Source: Thermodesulfobacteriota bacterium (GTDB lineage: Bacteria > Desulfobacterota > Desulfomonilia > UBA1062). From it: a stretch of 64,000 bases of DNA. The notes beneath the pieces were generated by a model, which ran no database searches, was not told where the DNA came from, and saw only the letters and a program-made list of their open reading frames with translations. Each line of letters begins with the position of its first letter. Position 1 is the stretch's first letter. The position numbers and the translations under genes were made by a program. Where the stretch lies: contig DAITOA010000014.1 of the NCBI GenBank assembly GCA_036834365.1, positions 6,825-70,824 of the forward strand. The letters are read 5' to 3'. Positions 8,862 to 18,009 of this stretch are shown here, one piece after another.

Positions 8862-10070
8862 TTGCAGTACAAGTTCAACAAAAGTGACTACCTGATCTTT
8901 CTTCTCAGTTATGTCTTCTTTTTCCTGTATATAGCCGATGCCCTGGAACTGTTCCCCCTTTCCATCCTCACCGCTATGCCTTCATGGATATATCTTGTTG
9001 TCGCCGTTGTACTGAATGTCTGGGTCCTTCCCCTGCCGGGAATACACCCCAGATTGCCTGACAGAGAAGCGACCCCTTCTCTGCCTGCGCCGGCCGAAGT
9101 CCTTGAAATCCCAAAGGCACCGGTGGAAGCGGAGGTCAAGAAGGCACCACCTGTACCGACGCCTGAAGAGAAACTAGGCAAGGGCCTTGCCAAGACCCAC
9201 AGAGGTTTTATTGACCGGATAACCGCAGTCTTCAAGCGCTCGTCCGCCCTTGATTCCACCCTGTTCAACGACCTTGAAGAAACCCTTGTGGGTACCGACA
9301 TCGGGGTACGAACAGCTTATGCACTCTTCGAGTCCATCCAGAAAAAGTCGTCTTCACTGAACGGTCCTGACTCGGCGCTGAAAGCCATACGGGAAGAGGT
9401 GGAGAGTATTCTTCTTCGCCGTGAAGCACCCCTGGTCATTCCCGAAGGGAAAAAACCCTATGTCATCATGGTGACGGGTGTGAACGGGTCGGGTAAAACT
9501 ACAACCATCGCCAAGATAGCTTACCATCTGAAGAACGATGGGAAATCGGTTATTATCGCCTCCGGGGACACCTTTCGTGCCGCTGCAATTGAACAACTGG
9601 AGCACTGGGCTAACAGGGCAGGAGCTGATTTCGTCAAAGCCCAGGAAGGCGCAGATCCCTCGGCTGTCGCCTTCGACGGCCTTCAGGCAGCAATTGCACG
9701 GGGTCACGACGTGCTCATCATCGATACGGCGGGAAGGCTCCACACCAAGGAGAACCTCATGGAGGAGCTCAAGAAGACCCAGCGCGTCCTGGGGAAGAAA
9801 CTTGAGGGCTCTCCCCACGAAATACTCCTGGTTCTGGATGCAACCATCGGCCAGAACGCCATAGAGCAAACTCGGCAGTTCAACAATGCCTTGGGTATTA
9901 CAGGGATAGCCCTGACCAAGCTTGACGGTTCATCCAAGGGAGGGGTTATCGTGGGTATTGCCAACGAGTTTCAGATCCCCATCCGCTTCATCGGTATCGG
10001 AGAAGCTATGGACGATCTCCAGCCGTTCCATGCAAAGAGCTTTGTGAACGCCCTTTTCCTTGACAATTAG
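8862..10070 (+). CDS. ftsY: Signal recognition particle receptor FtsY with N-terminal hydrophobic extension
   Basis: GVNGSGKTTT, DTFRAAA, DTAGRLHT, TKLDGSSKGG, FIGIGEAMDDL; TTG start after AAGGAGG. Confidence 0.95.
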   Translation: MQYKFNKSDYLIFLLSYVFFFLYIADALELFPLSILTAMPSWIYLVVAVVLNVWVLPLPGIHPRLPDREATPSLPAPAEVLEIPKAPVEAEVKKAPPVPTPEEKLGKGLAKTHRGFIDRITAVFKRSSALDSTLFNDLEETLVGTDIGVRTAYALFESIQKKSSSLNGPDSALKAIREEVESILLRREAPLVIPEGKKPYVIMVTGVNGSGKTTTIAKIAYHLKNDGKSVIIASGDTFRAAAIEQLEHWANRAGADFVKAQEGADPSAVAFDGLQAAIARGHDVLIIDTAGRLHTKENLMEELKKTQRVLGKKLEGSPHEILLVLDATIGQNAIEQTRQFNNALGITGIALTKLDGSSKGGVIVGIANEFQIPIRFIGIGEAMDDLQPFHAKSFVNALFLDN

Positions 10071-10094
10071 GTAAGCAACTCCCATAGTTATCCG

Positions 10095-11093
10095 ATGCTG
10101 AAGATTGAGAAAGACAGACTGAGACTCATCTTCGATGCCATGCTCTCGAAGAGTATCATGGTCATCGGGGATCTTATGCTCGACGAGTATATCTGGGGAA
10201 AGGTGGAGCGCATATCCCCCGAAGCGCCGGTCCCTGTTGTTGAGGTTTCGAGCGAGCTTTTCAAGCTGGGAGGATCAGGCAATGTCGCCAACAACCTCCT
10301 GAGCCTCGGAGCCGGGGTGATCATCAATGCGGTCAAGGGCAATGACCGTCACGGCCTTATCCTCCAGGACATCCTTGAAGAGATGAAGATTCCCGATGAC
10401 TCCGTGTTCACCGACCCCAAGCGGGGCACCACGGTAAAAACCAGGATCATAGCCCACACACAGCAGGTTGCAAGAATCGATAAAGAGAACAAGTCCCTCA
10501 TCTCAGATACCATGCTCAGGAAGATAGTCACTTCCTTCCGGAACAGCCTGAAAAAGATTGATGCCCTCATCATCTCGGACTACGGCAAGGGGGTGGTGAG
10601 CAGGAGACTGCTGGCACAGGTGGTCCCCCTTGCCCGGGAAAACGATATTCCGGTGTGCGTGGATACCAAGGAAAGGAACTTCCCACACTATAAGAAAGCA
10701 ACCGTCATCACGCCCAACCTCAAAGAGCTCAGCTTCGGGGCCGGCATCAAAATCGAAGAATATGCAGATATGGTCAGGGCGGCCCGCAAGGTGAAGGCCA
10801 TGCTGGATTGCGACATGGTGCTGGTCACCAGGGGAGAACACGGCATGAGCCTTTTTGGAAGCGACGGCGACCCCATAGACATCCCTACCAATGCAAAGGC
10901 CGTGTATGATGTAACGGGTGCCGGAGATACGGTCATCGCATGTTTCACCCTTGCCCTGGCCTCAGGTGCGACTCCGAAAGAGTCTGCCATTATCGCAAAC
11001 ATGGCTGCGGGTCTTGTCGTAGCAGAGGTCGGCGCCGCAAGCGTTCCCCGGGACAGGCTCTATAAGGCATGTATGGAGGAGCTCAGTGGGTAG
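10095..11093 (+). CDS. rfaE1: D-glycero-beta-D-manno-heptose-7-phosphate kinase (HldE kinase domain only)
   Basis: VIGDLMLDEYIWGKVERISPEAPVPVV, SDYGKG, TPNLKE, DVTGAGDT (PfkB fold). Confidence 0.92.
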   Translation: MLKIEKDRLRLIFDAMLSKSIMVIGDLMLDEYIWGKVERISPEAPVPVVEVSSELFKLGGSGNVANNLLSLGAGVIINAVKGNDRHGLILQDILEEMKIPDDSVFTDPKRGTTVKTRIIAHTQQVARIDKENKSLISDTMLRKIVTSFRNSLKKIDALIISDYGKGVVSRRLLAQVVPLARENDIPVCVDTKERNFPHYKKATVITPNLKELSFGAGIKIEEYADMVRAARKVKAMLDCDMVLVTRGEHGMSLFGSDGDPIDIPTNAKAVYDVTGAGDTVIACFTLALASGATPKESAIIANMAAGLVVAEVGAASVPRDRLYKACMEELSG

Positions 11094-11619
11094 AGCCTCC
11101 AAGCCGGGCAAAGCCATGCTCTTCTGCAGCGTACTCTATAACATTGAAGCGCCAGTTGATCAGGTAATCCATACATTGACCCGGGAGTTCGGTGAAACAA
11201 TCCTCAGCACGGAACCCATGGAATTCACCTATACGGATTATTACCATCAAGAGATGGGAAAACACCTGTATCGTGTTATCCTAGCCTTCTCCAACCTTGT
11301 GGAGCGTGACGCCCTTCCAGACATAAAGACCCACACCAACGAGATCGAGAACACCTATCTGAAAGAAGGAAGGAGGCAGATCAATCTTGACCCCGGATTG
11401 ATGACCCTCGAAAACATCTGCCTGGCCACAACCAAACCGTACAGTCATCGAATGTATTTGAGGAAAGGGATCTGGGCCGAGATTACCCTTATCTACACAG
11501 GCAATTCTTACAGAAAACTTGAATGGACCTACCCGGACTATGCCTCGGATGAGCTTGTCAGCCTCTTCAACAGACTCCGGGAAGACTATAAAAGGAGGGT
11601 ACAATGCCTTCAAGCATGA
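11086..11619 (+). CDS. DUF4416 family protein
   Basis: FTYTDYYHQEMG, RQINLDPG, LATTKPYSHRMYLRKGIWAE, WTYPDY; GTG start overlapping the rfaE1 stop. Confidence 0.8.
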   Translation: MGRASKPGKAMLFCSVLYNIEAPVDQVIHTLTREFGETILSTEPMEFTYTDYYHQEMGKHLYRVILAFSNLVERDALPDIKTHTNEIENTYLKEGRRQINLDPGLMTLENICLATTKPYSHRMYLRKGIWAEITLIYTGNSYRKLEWTYPDYASDELVSLFNRLREDYKRRVQCLQA

Positions 11620-12467
11620 CCGGATTCGGCCTGGCCGATACCCACGGATACCATGTGGAGATCAAGGGGGTGAATCACCGGTACAAGGATATCAGGGTCA
11701 AGATGCCAAGGGATCTGGGCGCCTTCGAAATGACGGTCCGGGACATGGTCTCCGAGGCGGTGCAGCGGGGCAAGGTCGATGTCACGGTGAACAGGACAAC
11801 CTCCGTGGAGACCCAAGAGAAAATGGCTGTCAACTGGGATTTGGCAAGGGAATACCATGCTGACCTCTGCATCATGGCCCGGGACTTCGGGGGCGATGTA
11901 TCATTCCGTGACGTCCTGCTCATCCCGGGTGTCCTGATCGAAAGCTCGGGACACAAGGAAGATCAATTGCCGCTGATTCAGGAGGCCGTGCGGGAGGCAC
12001 TGGTGTCTTTTTCCCGGGCCAGGGAGAATGAAGGAAGAAACCTGGCTAAGGATATCAGTTCGCGGGTGGCAGCCCTCTCCGGCATGGTCGAGACCATGAA
12101 AGACCTTGCAACGGACATGACAAACGTATATAAAGACAGGCTGCATGCTCATTTGAATGCGCTTCTTTTGGACAAGACCTCAGTAATCGATGAGGGGCGT
12201 CTGGAACAGGAAGTTGCACTCTTGGCGGACAAGAGCGACATCACCGAAGAACTGGTGAGACTGAACAGTCACATCCGCTTGCTTGAGGAGACAATCACAG
12301 GCCGGAGCGGCCCCATAGGGCGACAAACTGATTTTATCCTCCAAGAGATCAATCGCGAGATCAACACTATTGGTTCAAAGAGTCAGATGAACGCCTTGAG
12401 CCGTCTGGTGATCGATGCCAAGACTGAGCTTGAGAAGATCAGGGAGCAGATTCAGAATATCGAATAG
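11604..12467 (+). CDS. yicC: YicC/YloC family endoribonuclease
   Basis: SMTGFG, EIKGVNHRY, RGKVD, DKSDITEELVRL, GRQTDFILQEINREINTIGSK, ELEKIREQIQNIE. Confidence 0.93.
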   Translation: MPSSMTGFGLADTHGYHVEIKGVNHRYKDIRVKMPRDLGAFEMTVRDMVSEAVQRGKVDVTVNRTTSVETQEKMAVNWDLAREYHADLCIMARDFGGDVSFRDVLLIPGVLIESSGHKEDQLPLIQEAVREALVSFSRARENEGRNLAKDISSRVAALSGMVETMKDLATDMTNVYKDRLHAHLNALLLDKTSVIDEGRLEQEVALLADKSDITEELVRLNSHIRLLEETITGRSGPIGRQTDFILQEINREINTIGSKSQMNALSRLVIDAKTELEKIREQIQNIE

Positions 12468-12497
12468 CGAACGGCTGAAGGAGAAAGGAGAGCGTGT

Positions 12498-12782
12498 ATG
12501 AGCAAACATGACACCAGACTTCTCAATATCGGCTTCAACAACGGGGTCGTTGCATCAAGAATCATTGCCATTGTTAATCCGTCATCATCCCCGATGAAAC
12601 GACTCAGGGAAGAAGCCAAGGAGAGAGGACAGCTGATAGATGCAACACAGGGAAGAAAGACGAGATCAATCATTATAACCGACAGTTCCCATGTCATCCT
12701 CAGTGCCATTCAGGCTGAGACCATCTCCAATCGCCTTTCCGACGGAGGCAATCCCAAAGAGACGTCCATCCCGAAGGAGTAA
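12498..12782 (+). CDS. DUF370 / RemA family protein
   Basis: [34 protein letters not shown]...[17 protein letters not shown]; sits in the conserved position between yicC and gmk. Confidence 0.92.
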   Translation: MSKHDTRLLNIGFNNGVVASRIIAIVNPSSSPMKRLREEAKERGQLIDATQGRKTRSIIITDSSHVILSAIQAETISNRLSDGGNPKETSIPKE

Positions 12783-12784
12783 CG

Positions 12785-13381
12785 GTGAGGATATTCATAT
12801 CCGGCCCCTCCGGAGTCGGAAAATCCACGATCATCAAGGAGATACTCAAGAGAAAGTCCGACATTGTGCTCTCTGTTTCCTATACGACCAGGTCCCCTCG
12901 CCCTGGAGAACAGGAGGGGATCGATTATTTCTTCACCGACAGACAGACCTTCGAACAGATGATCCGGTCCGGAGCCTTTCTTGAGTGGGCTCAAGTCCAT
13001 GACAATCTCTACGGCACCTCCCTTGAGTGGATCGCCAAAGAAGAGCGGGAAGGTCTCCATGTCCTTTTTGATATTGACGTCCAGGGGGTCACCCAATCCA
13101 AGGGAAAGGGATCTCCCGGATGTTTCATCCTCATCCTCCCGCCCAGCATGGATGAGCTTGTGAGGCGATTGAGCAAAAGAGGTACGGAAAATCCCCAGGC
13201 TTTGACGACAAGGATTGAAAACGCCAAGAGTGAACTCAGCCACTGGAGTCTGTATGATTATCTGGTGGTGAATGATTCCCTGGAAACAACCATCCATACC
13301 ATAGCCACCATCATCGAAGCCTACAGGTCATCCAGAGAGGTGGTCATCGGAGAATTGCCATGGCTCAGAACGATCGTATAA
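12785..13381 (+). CDS. gmk: Guanylate kinase
   Basis: GPSGVGKST, SYTTRSPRPGEQEGIDYFF, FLEWAQVHDNLYGT, DIDVQG; GTG start. Confidence 0.95.
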   Translation: MRIFISGPSGVGKSTIIKEILKRKSDIVLSVSYTTRSPRPGEQEGIDYFFTDRQTFEQMIRSGAFLEWAQVHDNLYGTSLEWIAKEEREGLHVLFDIDVQGVTQSKGKGSPGCFILILPPSMDELVRRLSKRGTENPQALTTRIENAKSELSHWSLYDYLVVNDSLETTIHTIATIIEAYRSSREVVIGELPWLRTIV

Positions 13382-14076
13382 TATTCGCCCTCGATGTAGG
13401 GGATATGGACTCTGCGAAGAAATGGGTCCATACCCTGAAGGACTCGGTGGGTTGGTTCAAGGTGGGACTCGAACTCTTTACCGCCACGGGACCCGATGTA
13501 GTCAGGCTGATAAAAGATCAGGGCATCAAGTGCTTTCTTGACCTCAAACTCCACGACATCCCGAACACGGTGGCAGGGGCTGTCCGTAGTACCATCAGAA
13601 CAGGAGCGGACATGATGACCGTCCATCTCTCCGGTGGAAGGGCCATGGTGGAAGCGGCACTCAAGGCTGCCGAGGAAGAATCCCGCAAGCTGGGCATTGC
13701 AAGACCCAGGATCGTGGGAGTGAGCGTCCTGACGTCCTTGGGAGGAGTGGACCTGAAGGAGGTCGGTATTGAACGACCACCGATGGAACAGGTGGCATAC
13801 CTTGCCCGGTTCGCTGCATCCTGCGGTACCGACGGCATGGTATGTTCCGCCGAAGACCTTACCCATATCCGATCAAGCGTTCCGGCATCCCTCATGCTCA
13901 TCACCCCGGGCATCAGGCCGAGTTGGTCAGGGAAAGGTGACCAGAAAAGGATAGCCACCCCCGGGGCGGCCATCAAGGCAGGGGCCGATCTCCTGGTCAT
14001 CGGGAGGCCCATCAGCGAGGCGCCTGACCCTGTTGAAGCCGTATCACGTATCGTAATGGAGATGGAATCAGCCTAG
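13360..14076 (+). CDS. pyrF: Orotidine-5'-phosphate decarboxylase
   Basis: IFALD, FKVGLELF, DLKLHDIPNTV, TPGIRP, GDQKR, VIGRPI. Confidence 0.96.
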   Translation: MAQNDRIIFALDVGDMDSAKKWVHTLKDSVGWFKVGLELFTATGPDVVRLIKDQGIKCFLDLKLHDIPNTVAGAVRSTIRTGADMMTVHLSGGRAMVEAALKAAEEESRKLGIARPRIVGVSVLTSLGGVDLKEVGIERPPMEQVAYLARFAASCGTDGMVCSAEDLTHIRSSVPASLMLITPGIRPSWSGKGDQKRIATPGAAIKAGADLLVIGRPISEAPDPVEAVSRIVMEMESA

Positions 14077-14171
14077 CCGAAAACCGCTTCACGAGAAACC
14101 TGGGAGAACACAGGTTTCCCCAACTCTCCCGTGTTGACCTCATGCCGTTTCTCCCCTATCCTTGAGAGGCC

Positions 14172-14702
14172 ATGGCCATCAGGATATGCGGAGGCAGGTT
14201 TCGTTCTATCAGGCTCGCAAGCCCGGGCGGCAGGGTGCGCCCCACTACCGACCGGGTCAAGGAAGCCGTATTTTCAACCCTCATGCATCATCTCCAGGAT
14301 GCACACGTCCTGGATCTCTTTGCCGGCAGCGGCTCTCTGGGGTGCGAGGCTCTCAGCAGGGGTGCTGCCAGGGTCACGTTTGTCGATCAGTCCAGAGAAT
14401 GTACCGAGATCATAAGGAGAAACATCTCATCCATCGGGCTACCAGGGCAGGCATCCATCATCAAATCAGATGTAAGGATCTTCTTGAACACATGCCGTGA
14501 GAAATATGATCTGATCTTCATGGATCCTCCCTACCATAAAGGCCTTGCTTCGGATTTGGCCCCTCATGTATATAACCTGCTCAACCCAGGAGGGATATTG
14601 GTAGTCGAGCATGAAACAGGCGAGGAGATCCCATTGAACCCATGGAAGCACAAGCAATACGGGGACACCTCCATTTCATACTTTACCAGGAGTGATCAAT
14701 GA
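14172..14702 (+). CDS. rsmD: 16S rRNA m2G966 methyltransferase
   Basis: RICGGRFRS, RPTTDRVKEAVF, LDLFAGSGSLGCEALSRGA, DPPY, YGDT. Confidence 0.95.
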   Translation: MAIRICGGRFRSIRLASPGGRVRPTTDRVKEAVFSTLMHHLQDAHVLDLFAGSGSLGCEALSRGAARVTFVDQSRECTEIIRRNISSIGLPGQASIIKSDVRIFLNTCREKYDLIFMDPPYHKGLASDLAPHVYNLLNPGGILVVEHETGEEIPLNPWKHKQYGDTSISYFTRSDQ

Positions 14703-15208
14703 AGAATGAAAAGATCGCGGTCTGCCCTGGCTCCTTCGACCCCATCACCCACGGACACCTCGATATTGTCCGCCGCGGCCTGTGTGTGTTCGACAAGGTA
14801 ATCATAGCAGTGGGGCTTAATCCCCTGAAGAAGGACCTGTTCTCCACGGAAGAGAAACTCGATATGATCAGGCGCTCTGTGGAGGGCAATCCCAGAATCG
14901 AAGTTGATTTTTTCGAAGGGCTGCTTGTGGATTACCTCAAACAGGTAGGTGCCTGTGCCATCCTGCGGGGCTTGCGGGTCATTTCGGATTTCGAACTGGA
15001 GATGCAGCTCGCCCTCATGAACAGGAGACTCTGCGAAGAGGCGGAAACCTTCTTCCTCATGACCGACTACAACCACCTCTTCGTCAGCTCAACCATTGTC
15101 AAGGCCACCGCCGCCGCAGGCGGCTCCGTGGAGGGTCTGGTTCCGCAACCAGCCCTTGAAAAGCTCCTGGAGAAATTCCCCCACATGAACAACAAGAAGC
15201 ATCCGTAG
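14699..15208 (+). CDS. coaD: Phosphopantetheine adenylyltransferase
   Basis: PGSFDPITHGHLDI, RGLRVISDFELE, SSTIVK. Confidence 0.97.
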   Translation: MKNEKIAVCPGSFDPITHGHLDIVRRGLCVFDKVIIAVGLNPLKKDLFSTEEKLDMIRRSVEGNPRIEVDFFEGLLVDYLKQVGACAILRGLRVISDFELEMQLALMNRRLCEEAETFFLMTDYNHLFVSSTIVKATAAAGGSVEGLVPQPALEKLLEKFPHMNNKKHP

Positions 15209-15220
15209 GGAGGTTTTGCA

Positions 15221-16396
15221 TTGAAGATATCACAACTCGTATCCAAGATTCCGGGCTCAGCGACCCTGGCACTGACGGCCAAGGTCAATGAACTCAAGGC
15301 ACAAGGCAAGGATGTCATCGGTTTCACCGCGGGAGAACCGGATTTCGATACCCCTGAGTACATCAAGAACTCTGCAATCGAGGCATTGGGCCGCGGGAGC
15401 ACCAAGTATACGCCCGTAGGAGGCACCCCGAAGCTCAAGGAGGCCATCTGCGCAAACGTTCAGAAGGACTACGGGATCACGGTGAAGCCCGAGAGCGTCA
15501 TGGTCTCATGCGGAGCCAAGCACAGTCTCTACAATCTCTTCCTCACCCTCTTCGAGGCAGGGGATGAAGTAATATGTCCGGGCCCCTACTGGGTCTCATA
15601 CCCACCCATGATCGAGATGGCGGGCGCACGGCCGGTGATCATCGATACAAGGCCCACAGGCATGAAGCTTCATGCCGATATGGTTGCCGAAGCTATTACG
15701 GATCGTACCAGAGGTATCATCATCAACTCGCCGTCGAATCCCACTGGCATGGTCTTCGAGAGGGTGGAGCTGGAGAAGATCGCCGAGCTCTGCATTAAGC
15801 ACGACATCACCATAATCTCCGACGACATCTACCGGAAGATCATCTTTGACGGTCTGCAGTTCTTCAGCATTGCAAGCATTTCGCCCGAGGTTGCACGGAG
15901 GACCTTCATCATAGACGGATCCTCCAAGACCTATGCAATGACCGGGTGGCGCATCGGGTACTGCATAGGCGACAGCAAGGTCATCAAGGCCATGGAGAGG
16001 CTTCAGAGCCAGAGCACGTCGAATCCCGTCAGCTTCGCCCAGGATGGTGCGGTGGCATCTCTGATAAACGAAGAATCCCAGAAGATAGTCGAGGAACGCA
16101 GGAGGATCTTCGAAAAACGCAGGGACCTGATCGTAAGCAAGTTCCGGGAAATCCCCGGAATAGGAATCATCCCGCCGAGCGGTGCATTCTACGCTTTTCC
16201 ATCCATCAACGGGTACATGGAGCGTTTCGGCAATGCAACGGCCTTCTCGGAGTACCTCATTGAGCATGCCCTTGTAGCCCTGGTTCCGGGCGGTGAGTTC
16301 GGAGCCCCGGATCATGCGAGGTTCTCCTTCGCCACGTCCGAACAGAACATCATTAAAGGGCTTGATCGCATCAAGGAAGCCCTGGCAACCCTCTAA
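15221..16396 (+). CDS. aspC: Aspartate aminotransferase (class I/II PLP enzyme)
   Basis: AGEPDFDTP, NSPSNPTG, SDDIY, SKTYAMTGWRIGY; TTG start after GGGAGG. Confidence 0.9.
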   Translation: MKISQLVSKIPGSATLALTAKVNELKAQGKDVIGFTAGEPDFDTPEYIKNSAIEALGRGSTKYTPVGGTPKLKEAICANVQKDYGITVKPESVMVSCGAKHSLYNLFLTLFEAGDEVICPGPYWVSYPPMIEMAGARPVIIDTRPTGMKLHADMVAEAITDRTRGIIINSPSNPTGMVFERVELEKIAELCIKHDITIISDDIYRKIIFDGLQFFSIASISPEVARRTFIIDGSSKTYAMTGWRIGYCIGDSKVIKAMERLQSQSTSNPVSFAQDGAVASLINEESQKIVEERRRIFEKRRDLIVSKFREIPGIGIIPPSGAFYAFPSINGYMERFGNATAFSEYLIEHALVALVPGGEFGAPDHARFSFATSEQNIIKGLDRIKEALATL

Positions 16397-16404
16397 TAAA
16401 GATC

Positions 16405-16442
16405 CAGGTGACAGACCTCCCGGCAGCGGGATCTGTCACCTG
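16405..16442 (+). terminator. Hairpin after aspC
   Basis: CAGGTGACAGA (16405-16415) and TCTGTCACCTG (16432-16442) with inner stem TCCCG/CGGGA; no U-run. Confidence 0.55.
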
Positions 16443-16563
16443 TGCATCAATATCCAGAGACCACTTATGAGATTCGATCAGCATCCTCCACGTCACAGCA
16501 GCTTTTTATACTGACCGGGTGCGGATCGATCCGAAGGGAATCCATTTGCTTGGCAACTCGCTC

Positions 16564-16590
16564 TAAAGAAAAAAATACCATCACCGATAA
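16564..16590 (+). promoter_or_regulatory. sigma28 (FliA)-type promoter upstream of fliS
   Basis: TAAA (16564-16567), 15 nt, ACCGATAA (16583-16590), against consensus TAAA-N15-GCCGATAA. Confidence 0.75.
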
Positions 16591-16622
16591 TAGTTGTAGG
16601 ATGCAGTGGGGAGGGGTCCTCA

Positions 16623-17000
16623 ATGAACATGAACATACAAGGCTACCAAGCATATAAGAAAACCCAGATCCAGACAGCTGATCAGGGCAGTCTTATCCTC
16701 ATGTGCTATGACGGAGCCATAGGATTTATCAGACAGGCTCAGAAGGCTCATGGCAATAAAGAGTTCACGGTAATGCATGAACTCCTCAACAAGGCTCAGA
16801 ACGTATTATGGGAATTGATAAACGGTCTGAACTACGAAGCCGGTGCAATTGCACATAACCTCGATGCACTCTACAACTACATGATCAGACGCATTATCGA
16901 TGCTCAGTATCACTGCACCATCGAACCAATGAATGAGGTCATCAACTACCTCCAGGAACTCCGAGAGTCATGGCAGACCATCATCCAGAAACGCTCTTGA
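16623..17000 (+). CDS. fliS: Flagellin export chaperone FliS
   Basis: YQAYKKTQIQTADQGSLILMCYDGAI, KAQNVLWELINGLN, IAHNLDALYNYM, ELRESW. Confidence 0.93.
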   Translation: MNMNIQGYQAYKKTQIQTADQGSLILMCYDGAIGFIRQAQKAHGNKEFTVMHELLNKAQNVLWELINGLNYEAGAIAHNLDALYNYMIRRIIDAQYHCTIEPMNEVINYLQELRESWQTIIQKRS

Positions 17001-17338
17001 ACCTCCTGAAATCCTGGCGGACGGTCCTGAACAGACAGTCTGAAGCCCTGGAACAGGGGAGTATGCAGGATCTTGCAGATCTCGTAAGGCAATCATTGAC
17101 GATTCAACAGAAACTCGAAGGGATGCTTTCAGCATCGTGTCCGACAACCAACAGGAAGATGGTCAGTGATCTCCTCAGCGACATCCACAAGCACCAGAAC
17201 ATCTTAATCGAAGCATTGAAATGCCAGGCTGGGGAGCTTGCCCATGAGATAGGAGCACTGCAGAAGAACAAGTCCTCTCTCAAGGGTTACAAGCAGAAGA
17301 AAACCTCGATTCCCCGTTTCATGAGTGAGCACACCTGA
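16997..17338 (+). CDS. Small helical protein, probable FliT/FlgN-like flagellar chaperone
   Basis: TTGA overlap with the fliS stop; all-helical composition and C-terminal LKGYKQ; the position after fliS suggests FliT. ATG 16970 is an alternative start. Confidence 0.55.
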   Translation: MNLLKSWRTVLNRQSEALEQGSMQDLADLVRQSLTIQQKLEGMLSASCPTTNRKMVSDLLSDIHKHQNILIEALKCQAGELAHEIGALQKNKSSLKGYKQKKTSIPRFMSEHT

Positions 17339-17394
17339 TATTCCCTCAGCGCGTACGTTGACAGACCTTCTTTTTTCTCCTAGTCTGTGAGCCT

Positions 17395-18009
17395 ATGCAG
17401 GTACTCCTATCATCCGGATCACCGAGAAGAAAAGAACTCTTCTCCCTGCTCGGCATTCCTTTCCTGACAAAAGTCCCGAACATCCCCGAGGTCCAGTTCA
17501 AGGGGGAAACAGCCCGGAAGTTCTGTTCCCGTATCAGCAGGGAGAAGGCCTTGTCCATGGCCCGGCACTACCCCGAGGCGCTCGTCATAGGCGCCGACAC
17601 GGTGGTGGTTGTAGACGGCCGGATCCTCGGGAAGCCTTTGGATGAGAACCAGGCCAGGGAGTATCTCCTCCTCCTTCAAGACAATACTCACGATGTCTTC
17701 ACCGGATATACCATCGTCTGCGGGAGCCATACGAAATCCAGAGTGATCCGGACCAGGGTCAGCTTCAATCCCATGTCGCAGGAGGAAATATCTTGGTACA
17801 TTGCAAGCGGAGAACCCATGGACAAGGCGGGGGCCTATGCAGTCCAGGGTATCGCATCCATGTTCATTGCAGGCATCCAGGGTTCATACACCAATGTCAT
17901 TGGATTGCCCGTCTCAGAGCTCTATGAAGACCTGAAAAGATTCGGGCTCACATTCCATGGTACTGAAGGAGGAGGTTCTGCATATGAAGAAGCATGTACT
18001 GACCATTGA
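17395..18009 (+). CDS. maf: Maf family nucleoside triphosphate pyrophosphatase
   Basis: LSSGSPRRKELF, IGADTVV, ILGKP, EPMDKAGAYAVQG, GSYTNVIGLP. Confidence 0.95.
   Translation: MQVLLSSGSPRRKELFSLLGIPFLTKVPNIPEVQFKGETARKFCSRISREKALSMARHYPEALVIGADTVVVVDGRILGKPLDENQAREYLLLLQDNTHDVFTGYTIVCGSHTKSRVIRTRVSFNPMSQEEISWYIASGEPMDKAGAYAVQGIASMFIAGIQGSYTNVIGLPVSELYEDLKRFGLTFHGTEGGGSAYEEACTDH

Noticed and set aside
16450-16560. SAM-I riboswitch-like start ATCCAGAG
   Set aside because: The following GAGGGA/GGCCC/GCAACC core is missing and the downstream gene is fliS. The metF leader also shows no riboswitch.
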